Assembly (NCBI GenBank): GCA_964234715.1
Contig: OZ174281.1
Length of the DNA: 64,000 bases
Source: Podarcis melisellensis
Taxonomy: Eukaryota
Strand: one strand, 5' to 3'
Each line of letters opens with the position of its first letter. Within the stretch, counting starts at the first letter, position 1. Position numbers and translations under genes: made by a program. The notes below the pieces were generated by a model. The model saw only the letters and a list, made by a program, of their open reading frames with translations, had not been told where the DNA came from and did not search any database. Positions 1-12,900 of this stretch are shown piece after piece.

Positions 1-1430
1 AGGAAAGTGGGAGCCACCTAAACGGGTGTGGCTGCATAAGGAGCTTAAAGATGAGCTGAGGTGTAAGAAGGGAATGTATAAGCAATGGAAGGAAGGAGAA
101 ATCAGGAAGGAAGATATACAGTTGCAGGGAGAAGGTCAGGCAGGCCAAAGCTCAGAATGAACTCAGGCTTGCAAGAGAGGTTTAAAATAATAATAATTTT
201 CTTTGGTTGTGTTTGAAGCAAGAGGAAGAACAAGCAAGTAGTAGATCTCTTGCGTGGAGAAAATAGAGAAATGCTATTGGGTGACAGAAGGCGGAACTGA
301 TCACCTATTTTCCTCTGCCTTCACCCAAAAGGAAAGCCAGTGCCTAACCTGATGAAAGCATAACAAACAATGCAAGGAGGGAGCTGCAGCTCAATATAGT
401 AAACCAGGTGGTAAGGAATTCAAATCTCCAGGGCCTGATGAGCTGCACCCAAGAGTAGTAAAGGAGCTTGCACATTTGATATCAGAGCCTGTGTCTATAA
501 TCTTTGAGAATTCTTGGAGAACAGATGAAGTCTTTGCAGAAGGCAGAAATATTTCACCTGTTCTCCAGGCAGGCAAATGTCCCCATCTTCAAAAGGGTGG
601 GGAGAAGACCCAGGTTACTATTGACCAGTCAGCTTAACATTTTACCAGGAAATGCCCTAGAACAGATAATTAAAAGATGCTTTGATTACAAAGACCCAGC
701 ATGTGTATCTCAAAAGCAAGTCATGCCAGAAGAGTCGTTTTTTAAAAAAAAATAGTTGCAAGCAGGGGAATGCTGTGGACATAGTGTATCTTGATTTCAG
801 TAAGGCTTTTGACAAAGTCCCTCATATTCTTGCAGAGAAGCTGGCAAAATGTGGACTGGAAGAGGTATCTGTTAGGTGTATTTGCAGCTTGTTGACTGCC
901 CAAACCAAAAGAGTACTCACTAATGGTGTCTTGTCATCCTGGAAAAGACGTGACAAATGGGATGCCACAGGGTTCTGTCCTGGGCCTGTTGTTGTTCAAC
1001 ATCTTTGATGAAAGTATTCGGGGGCATCGGAATCGGGATTCAAGATGATCTTAACAAGATTGGAAAACGGCCAAAATGGATTTCAGTAAGGACAATTGTA
1101 AGGTTCTATACTTAGGCATGAACAACTGCACAATTATAAGATGGGGGACATCTGGTTTGTCAATAGTACATGTGGAAAGGACCCCCAAGCTTAACATGAC
1201 TCATCAGTGCTATGCAGGAGCAAATCAAGGGAAGTAAGTACTGCTCTATTCTGCCTTGGTCAGGCCACACCTGGAGTATTGTGCCCAGTTCTGAGAACCA
1301 CAATTTAAGGAGGATAGTGGAGGTTTTAAAGTAGATGTTGGGCAGCCATATGCCATGTATGATTTAGTTGATATTCCTGAACTAGATGACCCTTGGGGTC
1401 CCTTCGAATTCTACAATTCTGAGATTCTAT
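1..1430 (+). mobile_element. Degenerate CR1 LINE (ORF2 reverse-transcriptase region plus 3' tail), cut by window start
   Basis: ORF 682..1008 contains the CR1 RT motif AVDIVYLDFSKAFDKVPH; an SPGPDELHP-type motif lies near 425-455; it ends in the CR1-type tail ttctacaattctgagattctat (~1409-1430). Many frameshifts. Confidence 0.85.
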
Positions 1431-2615
1431 TATTCTAGGTGGCAGGGAGGGCTGATAGACAGGTGAAGCTTTGTAGCAGATTCCCAATTCAGGAATCATA
1501 ATCTACCCTGTGGCAGAACAGTCAAAGAATCTGCAGCCCAGAGCCAAATATATGCAGAGGTTTCTCACATCTAGTTATGGCAGATGTGGAAATACAGGTG
1601 TTGCACATGGTGCTTTTCACTGTCATTGTCAAAAGTACAAGATCTCTCTCTGAATCATATCTCTGCTTACTTCAGCATAAATGAGTTCCCCTTTCACTTC
1701 TGCAGATGATAAAAAATAAGTGGAGAAAGCAAGCCCATGGCAGCAGCTTCCAGTGAATGTTTATACATTAGAACTATAATTCCGCTGGTAAGAATGGTCC
1801 CTTTTCCGAGATTTTGTAGACTCAGTTGCATCCTTTACTTTCTGTTTGTTGTGCCTTACCACAGGTTGTATATAGTTGTGTCCCTTTGTTGATAGAAGAC
1901 TCTGATCTTATGCTTCTATGTACAGAAGGGAGAAAAGTTTCTTTATGCCACCTTCCCTCTGCAGCTTCTTATTATTGCTCCTTCTTATCATGCGTCCCAA
2001 TTTGTAAGTTTGTATTTTATCACAGAACACTTCCTATTATACTAAGGGACCCAACACCGTGGCTTGGTTTACCCATTGCTATTTTTCACCAGTGGATTTG
2101 AAACTTGTCCCCCTTGTACATGTCAATAAATTATACGTGAATACACATGCATGAAAGAGAACAGATAATTTGTTCTTCAAACTGGTGGTTTTAAATAAGA
2201 TTGTATTTAGGGAGAGTATCTTTTGATTCTGTGTTTCCTGGCCTTGTCATTGTGGCATTATGCAAGGAGGCTACTGTGAATTTTAAGCAGGAGTGGGGAA
2301 TCTGTCTCTCCAGATGTAGCTGGACTAAACTCCCATCATCAATGACCACGCTGGCTGGGGTTCTGTCCAATAATGTGAAAGCGATGGGTTTCCCTGTCCC
2401 TGATTTAAAGCAATGGAGTTTACATGACCCCCTGTCCCATTCCCAGTGAAAAAAGGAATCATTTAATATTCAGTTTGTCTACTTCACTAATAAAAGGAAT
2501 CAGACTTGGCTAACATCCTGCTCCTCGTTAAACTCCATTTTTTGCCACAACTTATTATGAATTCTTTAAAAAAAGTCTTGCAAAAATAAATATATCAAGA
2601 TTAAGCCTTGCTTGC

Positions 2616-2621
2616 TTTATT
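2616..2621 (-). terminator. Candidate APCDD1 polyadenylation signal (AATAAA)
   Basis: tttatt on + reads AATAAA on -, ~890 nt past the stop codon, followed on - by a U-rich tract (tatttatttttgcaagactttttt). Confidence 0.4.
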
Positions 2622-3506
2622 GAATTGCCCAGTCTAATAAAATGAATGTCAAGTGCATTGCATTTGGCAAACTGTCCACTATCCTGAATTTCTTATGAAG
2701 ATATGGTGTAATTCACCTTGGTTTCTATATTTGAGAGATCTTGTTGCTTTCTTCCCTTTGTCTTTGCTTTTTCAAAGTTGGTGGAAAGTGGTTGGTGGAC
2801 CCCTGAAATTGCTTTGAACTGTGATAAGTTGGGCAACTTAATAAAGAACATTGGCGCCATATGTCACTCTAAATCTCCGATTATTCTTAAATTCACCACC
2901 TATATATACAATCATTTAAATTATCTGTGCAGGTTTAATTTGAGATTTTCCATTCAGCATTCTTGATCCTAAAGATCATGTAATATTTTATGTAAACTCT
3001 ATAAAAGTGTATTTAAGATACATCCTTAGTTGGATTTTTCATATATACATATATACACTGTAACATAAGAACAATGCAGTTTATCAGTATTGACACAATA
3101 CGATAAAAGCATAATTCTAGATAATCAAATTCAAAGATGAAACTGATTTGGGGAGTAGGAACAACTGCAACAGCACAGTTGGTAGATGAAAATATGTGTA
3201 AGATAGTTCAGCCCAATAAGTTTTTCTTCCAAAGAACAAACTGAAGGCAGGGTTGAAGGGTGAAGAACTGCAGTTTTAAAGTGCAATTACTGTTGTGCAG
3301 TCATGTCAGGCCATGGATCAGATTGGATGAAGTTCAAAGCAGAAGCAAACTGGTGCTATTCATGATTCAAGGAGGATAAAAGGAACAACAGTTCTTCAGG
3401 CATCAAGAAAATGTCCTTTTTTTGTCTGTTAAGATGCTTTATGACATCTCCCCATGTAGCCTAAGTCCTATACTTGCCCTGATAGGAGTCATTTGAAAAT
3501 GCAATT

Positions 3507-3958
3507 CTAGCTGTAAATGCCCAACGTTGGCACAGTGCTAACAGCCAGCATCATAACCAAAACAAAAGCACAGGGATTTTTTGCTGGTGCTCCACTGCTG
3601 TACCATCCTAGTTTGTTTTCTTCTAAAGTTTCATCTACTCTTGGTGCGGATGAAGTACATTGAATTAAGGGCATTTGGTATGAGGTGGCTCTCTTTTCTG
3701 GTCTGTCGGGACTGGATCCATCACTAGGTCTCTGGCCATTATACAACAAGTATCTCCCTCTGGCATCCTGCTCCATTTTGAAGATCTCGTACTCTGTATG
3801 CGGCAGGCGAATTCCCAAAGCAATGCAGCCGTTGGTGTGAGTAACATCTTGCTGCACCCCAACTTGCCAGGATCCTTCTGCCCCACACTCATTTCCATTG
3901 AAGACATTCAGTAGAGAGGCAGTAGCTATGTCCATGGGTGTAACCTTCATATGATTCA
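3507..3958 (-). CDS. APCDD1: APCDD1 coding exon 5 (last)
   Basis: Acceptor tttgcag|TG at 3959-3961; translates (V)[33 protein letters not shown]...[12 protein letters not shown]...LGIYS; TAG at 3507-3509. Confidence 0.97.
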
Positions 3959-6900
3959 CTGCAAAAAAACAAAGAAGGGACTGTTAATTGTGCCTTGAGG
4001 TAATATGATTTTGTCAACAGCCAGATTTCTATTTCAGGAGGAGCTTGATTCTCTTCTGTAGAAGTTTCTAAACCCGTTGACCTTGAAAGACACAGCATTT
4101 GCTTCTGAACTAAGCCTTTATAAATGTGAAGAGTAACTCAAGTGTATGGAAAGAAAGAAAAAAGTGGTTTAAAACCAAAACCAGTAAGAGTTGCAAGTGA
4201 AGTCATAAGAAGAGCCCTGCTCATTAGCTCCTGGGCTCTAGTTCATCATCCTGTTCCAGCAGTGCCTAGACAGATACTTTAAGAAAAGTACAAGTGACAG
4301 CCATTCCCGTTGTTTGCCCACAGCAACTGCTTTTTCACAGGTAAGCTTCCTGTAAACCATTTAGCTATCATAACTGATCACTATTAACAGATCTATCCTC
4401 TTCTGAATGTGTCTCAATCCCCTTTTAAATTTATCTAAGCTAGTGGCTCTTAGAACAATTTCCACAAGTTAAGTGAGTTGAATAAATATGCTCTCAGATC
4501 TAGTATTTAGTAGTGGAACACTAGTAAGGTACATGGTTGGCTTATTGTGGGAATTTCTTGTAGCAGTGCTCTCTGTTTTGACTAGATGAAAATAATCATA
4601 AGTCATTTTAAGAGTGAGTAAAATGTAAATCAGATACAGTTGTACCTCAGAAGTTGAACGGAATCCGTTCCAGAAGTCTGTTTGACTTCCAAAATGTTCA
4701 GAAACTAAGGTGCAGCTTCTGATTGGCTGTAGAAGCTCCTGCAGCCAATCGGAACCCGCTGAACCCACATTGGATGTTTGGGTTCTAAAGAACATCCGCA
4801 AACCTGAACACACACTTCCGGGTTTGTGACATTTGGGAGCCAAAACGTTAGACTCGCAAGGCGTTTGACTTTCGAGGTACGACTGTACATAGATTTAATG
4901 ACACTGCTGAATTCTCAGTGTGGTAACAATGCTCAATAATTTGAGCAGTACCAGAAAACAAGCTCTCAAGGTAGCCATTTGTTTTTGCAAATCACCCATT
5001 TTATCTTTATGGTCACTTTGTATGCCTGTACGTTGCCGTTCATTTCTCCTCTCTTCATGGAAAACAAAGCTGATCTGAGAGTGAGGACAGGGCTTCCTGA
5101 ACTGCTGAGATAGGTGACCTCAGCCAAGAGAACCATTCCCCCTGCCCCACAATGAGCAAACACTTTTTTGCTCACTCCCTGAGTAACAAAATTGTCTAGT
5201 GTGGTGGTGGTTTGCTTTCTGTTGCTGCTGGGAGACTTGCAAAAAGTGTCATTTCTTGCAGCTCAGCCTCGACAGCGTTCAGAGGAATTAGTCCTTGGGC
5301 ATGACCTAGATTTAATATGCTACTCTACCTTATGATAATACAAAACAGGTTGCATCACCTCCTCTTCTATAGTAACCATTGCTGGTCTGTAAGGTATATG
5401 TATTCCTCCTTGGCATGCTTCACTTCTCATTGTCACTGGACTATCACATGACTGCTTTACAGCTATTGGACAATGTTAAGAAAAGGTTTAAATTTCCTTA
5501 AAATATGAAATCATGCAACTGCTGTGTAACACGTATGTGTGTGGAAAGGCTACACCAAGGAAGACTGCAAACCGCCAATCTTGATTGATTTACTGACCCT
5601 TGGCCATGAACAAATATTTCCTCATTTTTTCTTGTTTTAATGAGCATGACCAATGCAAGCATTTAATTTTGTTAGCAGTGTTTACATCTCTTTGACATTC
5701 ATTTCAACGGAGGACTTGAATCAAAGCTTATGCACTCACATGTTTATAAGCAAGAGAGTTCTGAGCTAAAATGGAGTTCCTGTACCCATAAGCAGCCTCT
5801 GGATTAGAGGGTTGTCTATTATTGCCCTAACTTCCTTATGCACATGCTAGATAAAATAGCATCAAAGGTGAGGCAATTACTTTATACCTTTACTCATTAG
5901 GTTAGATCATGTGATTACTAGAGTGGTTCTGATCTCTGATCTAAATATAACAAAACTACATTTAACTTTTTTTTTTTTTTAAAAAAAGCACGCTTAATTC
6001 TGATAGTTATTTTACAGGGAAAACAGCCACAGGGTGCTGATCCAGTACTTTGCTCTCAATCCAAGCTTTAAACATACATTCATAGAAATTTGTTTCCATA
6101 CACATATACCCCCAGTTATCCAGTTGCTCAATAAAGCTTCATTAAAGTAAGCACAAAAATTAATGCACGTTTTAAAATAAGGTGCCAATTTATTTGAAAT
6201 TAATTATAAATCATTTTTCCAGTTTGATGCTCTTGATTTCTTTTTAAGCCTCTAAATGTCATCAAACATTTTAATACGCCTATTTTTTCAAAGTGTAAAA
6301 CTCAAATATAATGAGCTGGGGACAATAAATTGGGTCAGTTACTTGTTCAATTTTCACAAACATTTTTAGCTTCTGTGTTGTGGGCATGCTAAGCAAATGA
6401 ACTAACATTGGTTCACATAATTAAGTCTTCAAGGAGAGGGGAAAGCAAGTTCCACCAAAAAAAAAAAGAAAATAAAAGACTGATGTCTAGATAGGAAAGG
6501 CAAGAGATTAAACAGTTTCTATTTCACAAGCCTGCTGCCCCAGGCAAGCCTACAAATAAAACCAAGTTGGTTTTCATGAGAGAGGACGCTATAAAACTGC
6601 ACTCAAATTTCATTTAAAAATTGTTCTGTAGCCAGGATATAAAGCTATGTCTTTTAACATATACTTGCTCAGAAAGCTAATGAAGTAACCAGTTCCAAAT
6701 GGAAACCAAAAACCTCAGAAAATGTCAGCTCCATTACCATCATATATTATCCACACTTTTAAAGCTTCATGTGTGCAACATCTTGAGGAATGGATAATCT
6801 ATAAACTTCAGAGCTTTTAAAAAAAACAACCTTGATTTATATCAGCCAAGTTCTCCTAATCCTGAAAAGACTGACTAGATTTAATTTAAAAGTAATTTAA

Positions 6901-9900
6901 ACAATTTTGTTTTGAGTTCCAGCTGAACTGAAAGGGCCTCAAGAAAGGGAATTCCAAACAAACTTAAGTTGGTCCAGTTTCAAGTTTGGGTGGCATATTT
7001 TAATAAATTTATATGAACAATTCAACAAATCCTAACAAAAATCCAGGCCCCCTTGCATGTCATTTCAACACAGAAGCAGCCCTGTTTAGATTTGTTATGT
7101 TTGACTTCATCCTTTGACTTCATAGGTTAGCTTTTATGGTCTATGCTTAAGACTGGAATGCCCACCAATTGATCACAAACCCAGGAATGCCTTTATAAAA
7201 GTGATGGGCAAGGTCTCCAAGTTTGTCGTGGATGTTAGGAGTGAAGGCTTTTTGTTCCTCAACTCTGCAGGAGTTTGGTGTGTTCTCTCACCATGTCGGA
7301 AAAAGAACTCACAGCCTTACGCTTTAGGCAAAACCACCTTTCATTTTATAGTTGCCATGTGTCTTTTTCATTTGATTCTTTTAAGAACTGTTTGTAGCTC
7401 AGCTATCCCTGGGGTTCTATTTAAAAGCCAAGGAGAACTGCTTGCTCTCTTTAAGGTGAATGATACACGTTTTATATTTATTTAACACAGTTGGCTGTGA
7501 TTACAACACTTTAGAATTTAATTCCATTGTTTCATAACAGGTATCTTAACTTGATTTTTTGGTAATTAGTTCAAGTCTGTCTTACACTACTTCCAAGCTT
7601 TAAGTACTTGCCCTTTATTTGACACTATTTGACCTTGCTGCTTTGCAGCAAGTTTCTTTCTTTCTTTAGAAGGAAGGAAGATCTTTATTTTCATTTGGAT
7701 TTGATATCCCGCCTTTCACTCCCTTTAAGGAGTCTCAAAGCAGCTAACATTCTCCTTTCCCTTCCTCCCCCACAACAAACACTCTGTGAGGTAAGTGGGG
7801 CTGAGAGACTTCAAAGAAGTGTGACTGGCCCAAGGTCACCCAGCAGCTGCATGTGGAGGAGCGAAGACGCGAACCCGGTTCCCCAGATTACGAGACTACC
7901 GCTCTTAACCACTACACCACACTGGCTCACTGGTTTGCAACAGAGCTTCCACCCCTGCAAGGAGGTGAGGACCCAGAACAAAGATGTGTTACAGCTTTTA
8001 AAGGCTTTAGAAACTGCCCAAGCCCTCTTCCAAAGACCACCCAAAAGCATCATACAAGCGTCACAGAAAGAGGTGGTCTATTACAGAAATCTGAGAGTCT
8101 GTCAAAATACCCGATAATGCTTACTGATTCCCCTTCCTTGGCCAGTCTGGGCCATTCAACTTAGTGCAGCAGCACAAGGCAGGAATCATGAGAACTACGG
8201 GAATATAGTCCTACTTGAAGGCAGCAGGAAGCTTAAATAAAGCATTGCATGGCTACAAGAAACTGAGCTGGTCTACTGTGAGATGGATATCCAAGAACAT
8301 GTGGGGCCATTTGGTATGATATTAATCCCTCCACATATGTGTTTTGCTACGTGCTATAAAAATTATGCTGTACTTTGGAAAGGGCTTTGGTTGAAAACTA
8401 ATGATCTTACCTTTAAACACGAATTCTGTTCCGCCCATCACTCTGGATGAATGTACTCCCCGGCTGTAACGACCCTTGGCATAGATGGTGAAAGTGGGGT
8501 GCTTGCAGATTGGGTCAGAATAATGATAGTAATGACCTTCCCAGGTATTGTTGTTGTCATGGAAGATGAAGTGCCTGGTGAGAAAGAGCACTTCAGGACG
8601 CACTTCGCAGCGCTGGCTCGCCCACTCCCCATGTAATCCAATAGTCAAATCAGCCTTCGGAGGTAAAATTGGTGGGTGGTGTTCATCTGACCGATAGATG
8701 ATCCTGCATGCTATACATGAATGGTCATGGTTCTGAAACAAAACCAACAGAAACCTTGTAAAACTGATAGAAACTTTGTAAGGCACATAGTCAGTTGCTA
8801 GCAAATCAAATTTCCTTATAGGTTCAGTACTTAGAGTGCCTAAGAGATGGGTGGGCCATCAGATGCATATTTTTGAAACTGGAAACTTTCAAAAGCAGGG
8901 GAAAGGGCGGGGTACAAATAAATAAAAATAATCAATTTTGTAATATGAAATGGAAGGGGAAGCTCCCCCCCCCACTTAATTGCACTGGGCATATTCAAAC
9001 ACTTGAGCATATTTACATCACTCTGGGATGTTTTATGGGAAGCAATTTGTAAATAAATAAATAAGTAATTTGGTGAATTCCAGCCTACAGATAGTACTTA
9101 AGAGTAGGTGAAAGTGAAACACTTTTTCCTTATGTGTCAACAGCAAGAATTACCACCTTCCCTTGACTGATCATGGCCACGGAATTTAAAGTTTCCCCTT
9201 TTTGTTATCTTGGGCTCTTTCATGCCATTTCATAAATTAACAATTTTTTTTAGCTTCTGCTTTTGTGCATACTAACATTTGTAGAATTCTAAAATTTGGA
9301 TCCCGTTCGCATCCAGAGGTACCACTGTAGTGCTAAAAAGTCCCCAGTCTAGAAGCTCCTAGAGGCATGTTCTCTTACTGGTTCTATAGCATGCGGGAAA
9401 ACAATAATGGCAGAATTTCTGTGTTTTCCACTTACACTGCATAAAAGTTTAACAGGCAGATTCTTTTACAGAACCAAAATTTGGCAAGCAACCTTAGCCA
9501 TTGTAATAGCCCTTGGGATGCAAGTGTGACCTTATGCCACTGATGAGTCTGTGATCCTCAGAGGCTGTTGGATTCCAAATTTCATCAGCCCCCACAACAG
9601 GTTCTCATCCCTGACTTGTGCTGTAATATTTACTTCCAAGGTTTGCTAAGGCAACCAAGGCAGACTCTGGGGCTTCTGTGCTGTGCAAAATGGAAGTCTT
9701 TTCCTTCTCGTTGCAGGTTCTACACAGTTGCAACCACATTTGATACATGGCCAGATTTGTAATGTATTTCCATACCTATTTTCACGTTTTGCACTAATAA
9801 TGCTTTTCAGTATAACCATATTCATTTATTCCAGTGAATGATTTACTATCCTACAGCGTTCTTGGAAAAACAAACCGTATAATATGTCGTGCCATTTCTA

Positions 9901-12900
9901 TTTGAACACACACTTGTTCTTTTGTGACCCAAGCCTTGCTATTCAGTCCCAGGCAAGCAGCAGCCTATTTCAGTATACCTTTTATTTTTTATTTAGTCTT
10001 TAGAAGAGCTCTGGGTATTTTAACAGGAAGCAGTTGCCATGTGTTGTCTCCACCTCCCAGATACCAAATGTTAATTGCGAAATGAACAAAAGAGGGAAAT
10101 GCAAGACTGAGTAGTTGAGAATGTGGATCATTAAGCACAGTATCTGCATAATATTTATATTTTTAGAAGAATAAGTAACTTTCTTAAAAGGGAATAGAAG
10201 AATTTGAAGTACTGAATGTGCTAAAACTGTATCTTAGCACAAAGCATTTAAGCGACACTATTGATTAAAATCTTCAGCCCCTCGTGGGGATCTCCACTGT
10301 GGCTCTGCAACAATGAAAACATTGAAGACTAAACAAAAAAACGATTACGAGAAGCCCCTGTGTAACTCCGGTCAGTTTTATTTTGCTGAAACTTCCCTTG
10401 CAAGTCCGGCTTTTCTTGTTCTTTCCTGGGTTAATGCAGGCTGCATCTTCTATCAAGTGATGTAATCCAGACTGCAGGTTAATCCTGGAGAGTGATGGTA
10501 GATGGGAAAGCTTCCTTTTATTGGAGGGAGTTAAGACCATTCTAGTTCCAATCACTCTATGGGAATGGGCTTGCCTCCAGAATATGTGGTTTAAGAAGGC
10601 TTATAGAGGGTTGGAAATACAGCATAACCAAACCTAGCAGTTGCTTGAGGTGGCAAGTTTTGTGGAGTTTGGCTGAAGCACCACATGACCCAAGAGTTGT
10701 AACCTCAGCATTCTCTGTAGTGGAATTTCAGATTTTAAAGTGGAGTTGTTAAGAGTAGCAAAAAATCTTAGGCAAGCCATACATGGTGGCCATATATTAA
10801 TAATGGTTCCTATGCCCAGAATGGACACTGTGCACATTTGATTCATGTTGTATTGCATATGGATTTTCTATGGTAATTTCTGTGTAGAAAAAAACATGAA
10901 ACAGCCCTACCTCCAGAATAAACACAGGAAATAGACAACTGTATGAGACATGCATACTTCCACCAAGGAAAAATGACACCACTCCTCAAGAGATATTTGT
11001 CCTAGATATAGTGCCCTTTTAAAGAACAACAGATGAATTGGCCCCCGGTACCTTTTTTTGCAAGATAATGTTAATTGTCCTTACTATGCAATGCTGCAAT
11101 AAAATCTGATTGAGATAGAACATGTAAAATTGCACTGTTTTTTGATTGGTTGCCACGCTCCAATCTGCCTCAGTACAGCTGTAAGACAGGAGAAGACTTG
11201 CAAATTCATTGCATGCCCAAGGGAAAACCATCTCTAAAACAGTGGCAGAAGTTTGTGGCCCAGTCAATATAGCTTGTGGCAGTAAGAGCCAGTGCCAGTG
11301 TGTTCCAGACCCTGAGTTTTAAGGTGAATATAACTGGCTTGCTTCAGGCAAGGAGAGATGGAATCCAGGAATGCATGAGACAATTTGCCTTGCTATAAAG
11401 TCCTATTAAGCAAAATAGACATGCAATATATTTCCTTGGATGAAAGCCAACAAACTATCTTGAATGTCTTGGAATACTCTACATTACTTTCCAGTCACTG
11501 AACCTCATATTTATTAATCACTTTCATGTTCTCATCCCACAGATGAAAATAATAAAATTCTTCATGCTACACTCACTTCAGGTGACTGATCTTCTTTTCT
11601 TTGTGTTTAATCAACCCCAAAGCTCAAACATTCTTTTTCCTTCTATGCATTTTAATGAAATACCATGTTAACTCCCAGAATCTCCTGCCCAAATTCAATA
11701 TAACTTAATATAAAAAATACAAAAAATGTATGAGGTGTACAGATTTTAAAGTGACATATTAATCCTTAGGTGAAAACAAGCATTAAAAATCCGAATCTTA
11801 ATGAGTGGAAATAGAGAACAGTTTGGAAAAACGTTCCTCTCTCTTCCTTATATGTTGCCTGTACCTTTGATGCCTCCTTTATCTGGAGCTGCAATGTGCT
11901 AAATGTATCCTTTCCCAAATGATAAAAGCAGTAAGATGAAACAATTGAGCTTTTCATAATGGGAGCAAAAGGAAAGCAAATGATTGTTCTTATCCTGGCC
12001 TTGAAGCCTTCCTTATCCTACTCCTTCCTCTTTTAGTGATGCCACAGAGAAAAAGAAATCAACCCACAAATGGTATGCAGAACGATTGCATTTTTGGGTG
12101 ATATCTCACTTGGCGCCTGGGAACCAATTACTTCTAGCTTTCATTTTAGCATGCTTTGGATGTATTATATAAACACCACACACATTTCTGTTCTCTTCCT
12201 TAACTTATCTGAGACCATTTTTCCCCCCTGGTTAATGCACCATAATTTTTTAATACGAACTTTGTAAGTTTAAAGTAAAAATTATTTCAGGATTTCTCTT
12301 CCTGTTGCCTCTTTTTCTTTTCAGCCTGGCCTGGCACAATTCAAACTAAAATGTCCAGATTCTCATCAGGTGTAAATAACCTTCGATCCAAAAACTTTAA
12401 AGGAACTGTGTTGATTTATACCAGATAATGTTTGTAGACTAAGAACTGTTTTAAAAGTTGAGAGTATTGCAAAGAGTTAAGAACAACCAGTTTTAGGCTA
12501 TTAGACATGTCGACTAAGAGAACCGTTTCATTCAGCTGACTTTGGTTAGCCTTAAAAGATGTACTTAGCAGCAAGCCATTAAGCCCATAAAATTGTTGAG
12601 TTACAGGCACAGCCAACTAATGGCAGAGAAGGGCATGTTAGGTCAGGATTATTATACTCAGTATTTTAAAGGCTCTTGAATCGGTGTCTAGGTCTTCTGG
12701 GTAAGATTTCCCATGATGAGCCCAAGGGAAAACTCTTGAGGTGTTTGATTCCAAAATGGTTCTGAAAATAACTTAAAACAAATGGAAAAGTCTGGGATTT
12801 TTTGCCCTCTGTTGCCGTGGAGCTTATGCCATGTAAAAATACTTTCATAGATATTTAGCACAATTTCCCACCAGTGTTCCACAACTCTGATATCTCAGTC

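Noticed and set aside
7840-7928. tRNA-like A/B boxes
   Set aside because: Head of a SINE, continuous with SINE body and tail; no complete cloverleaf.
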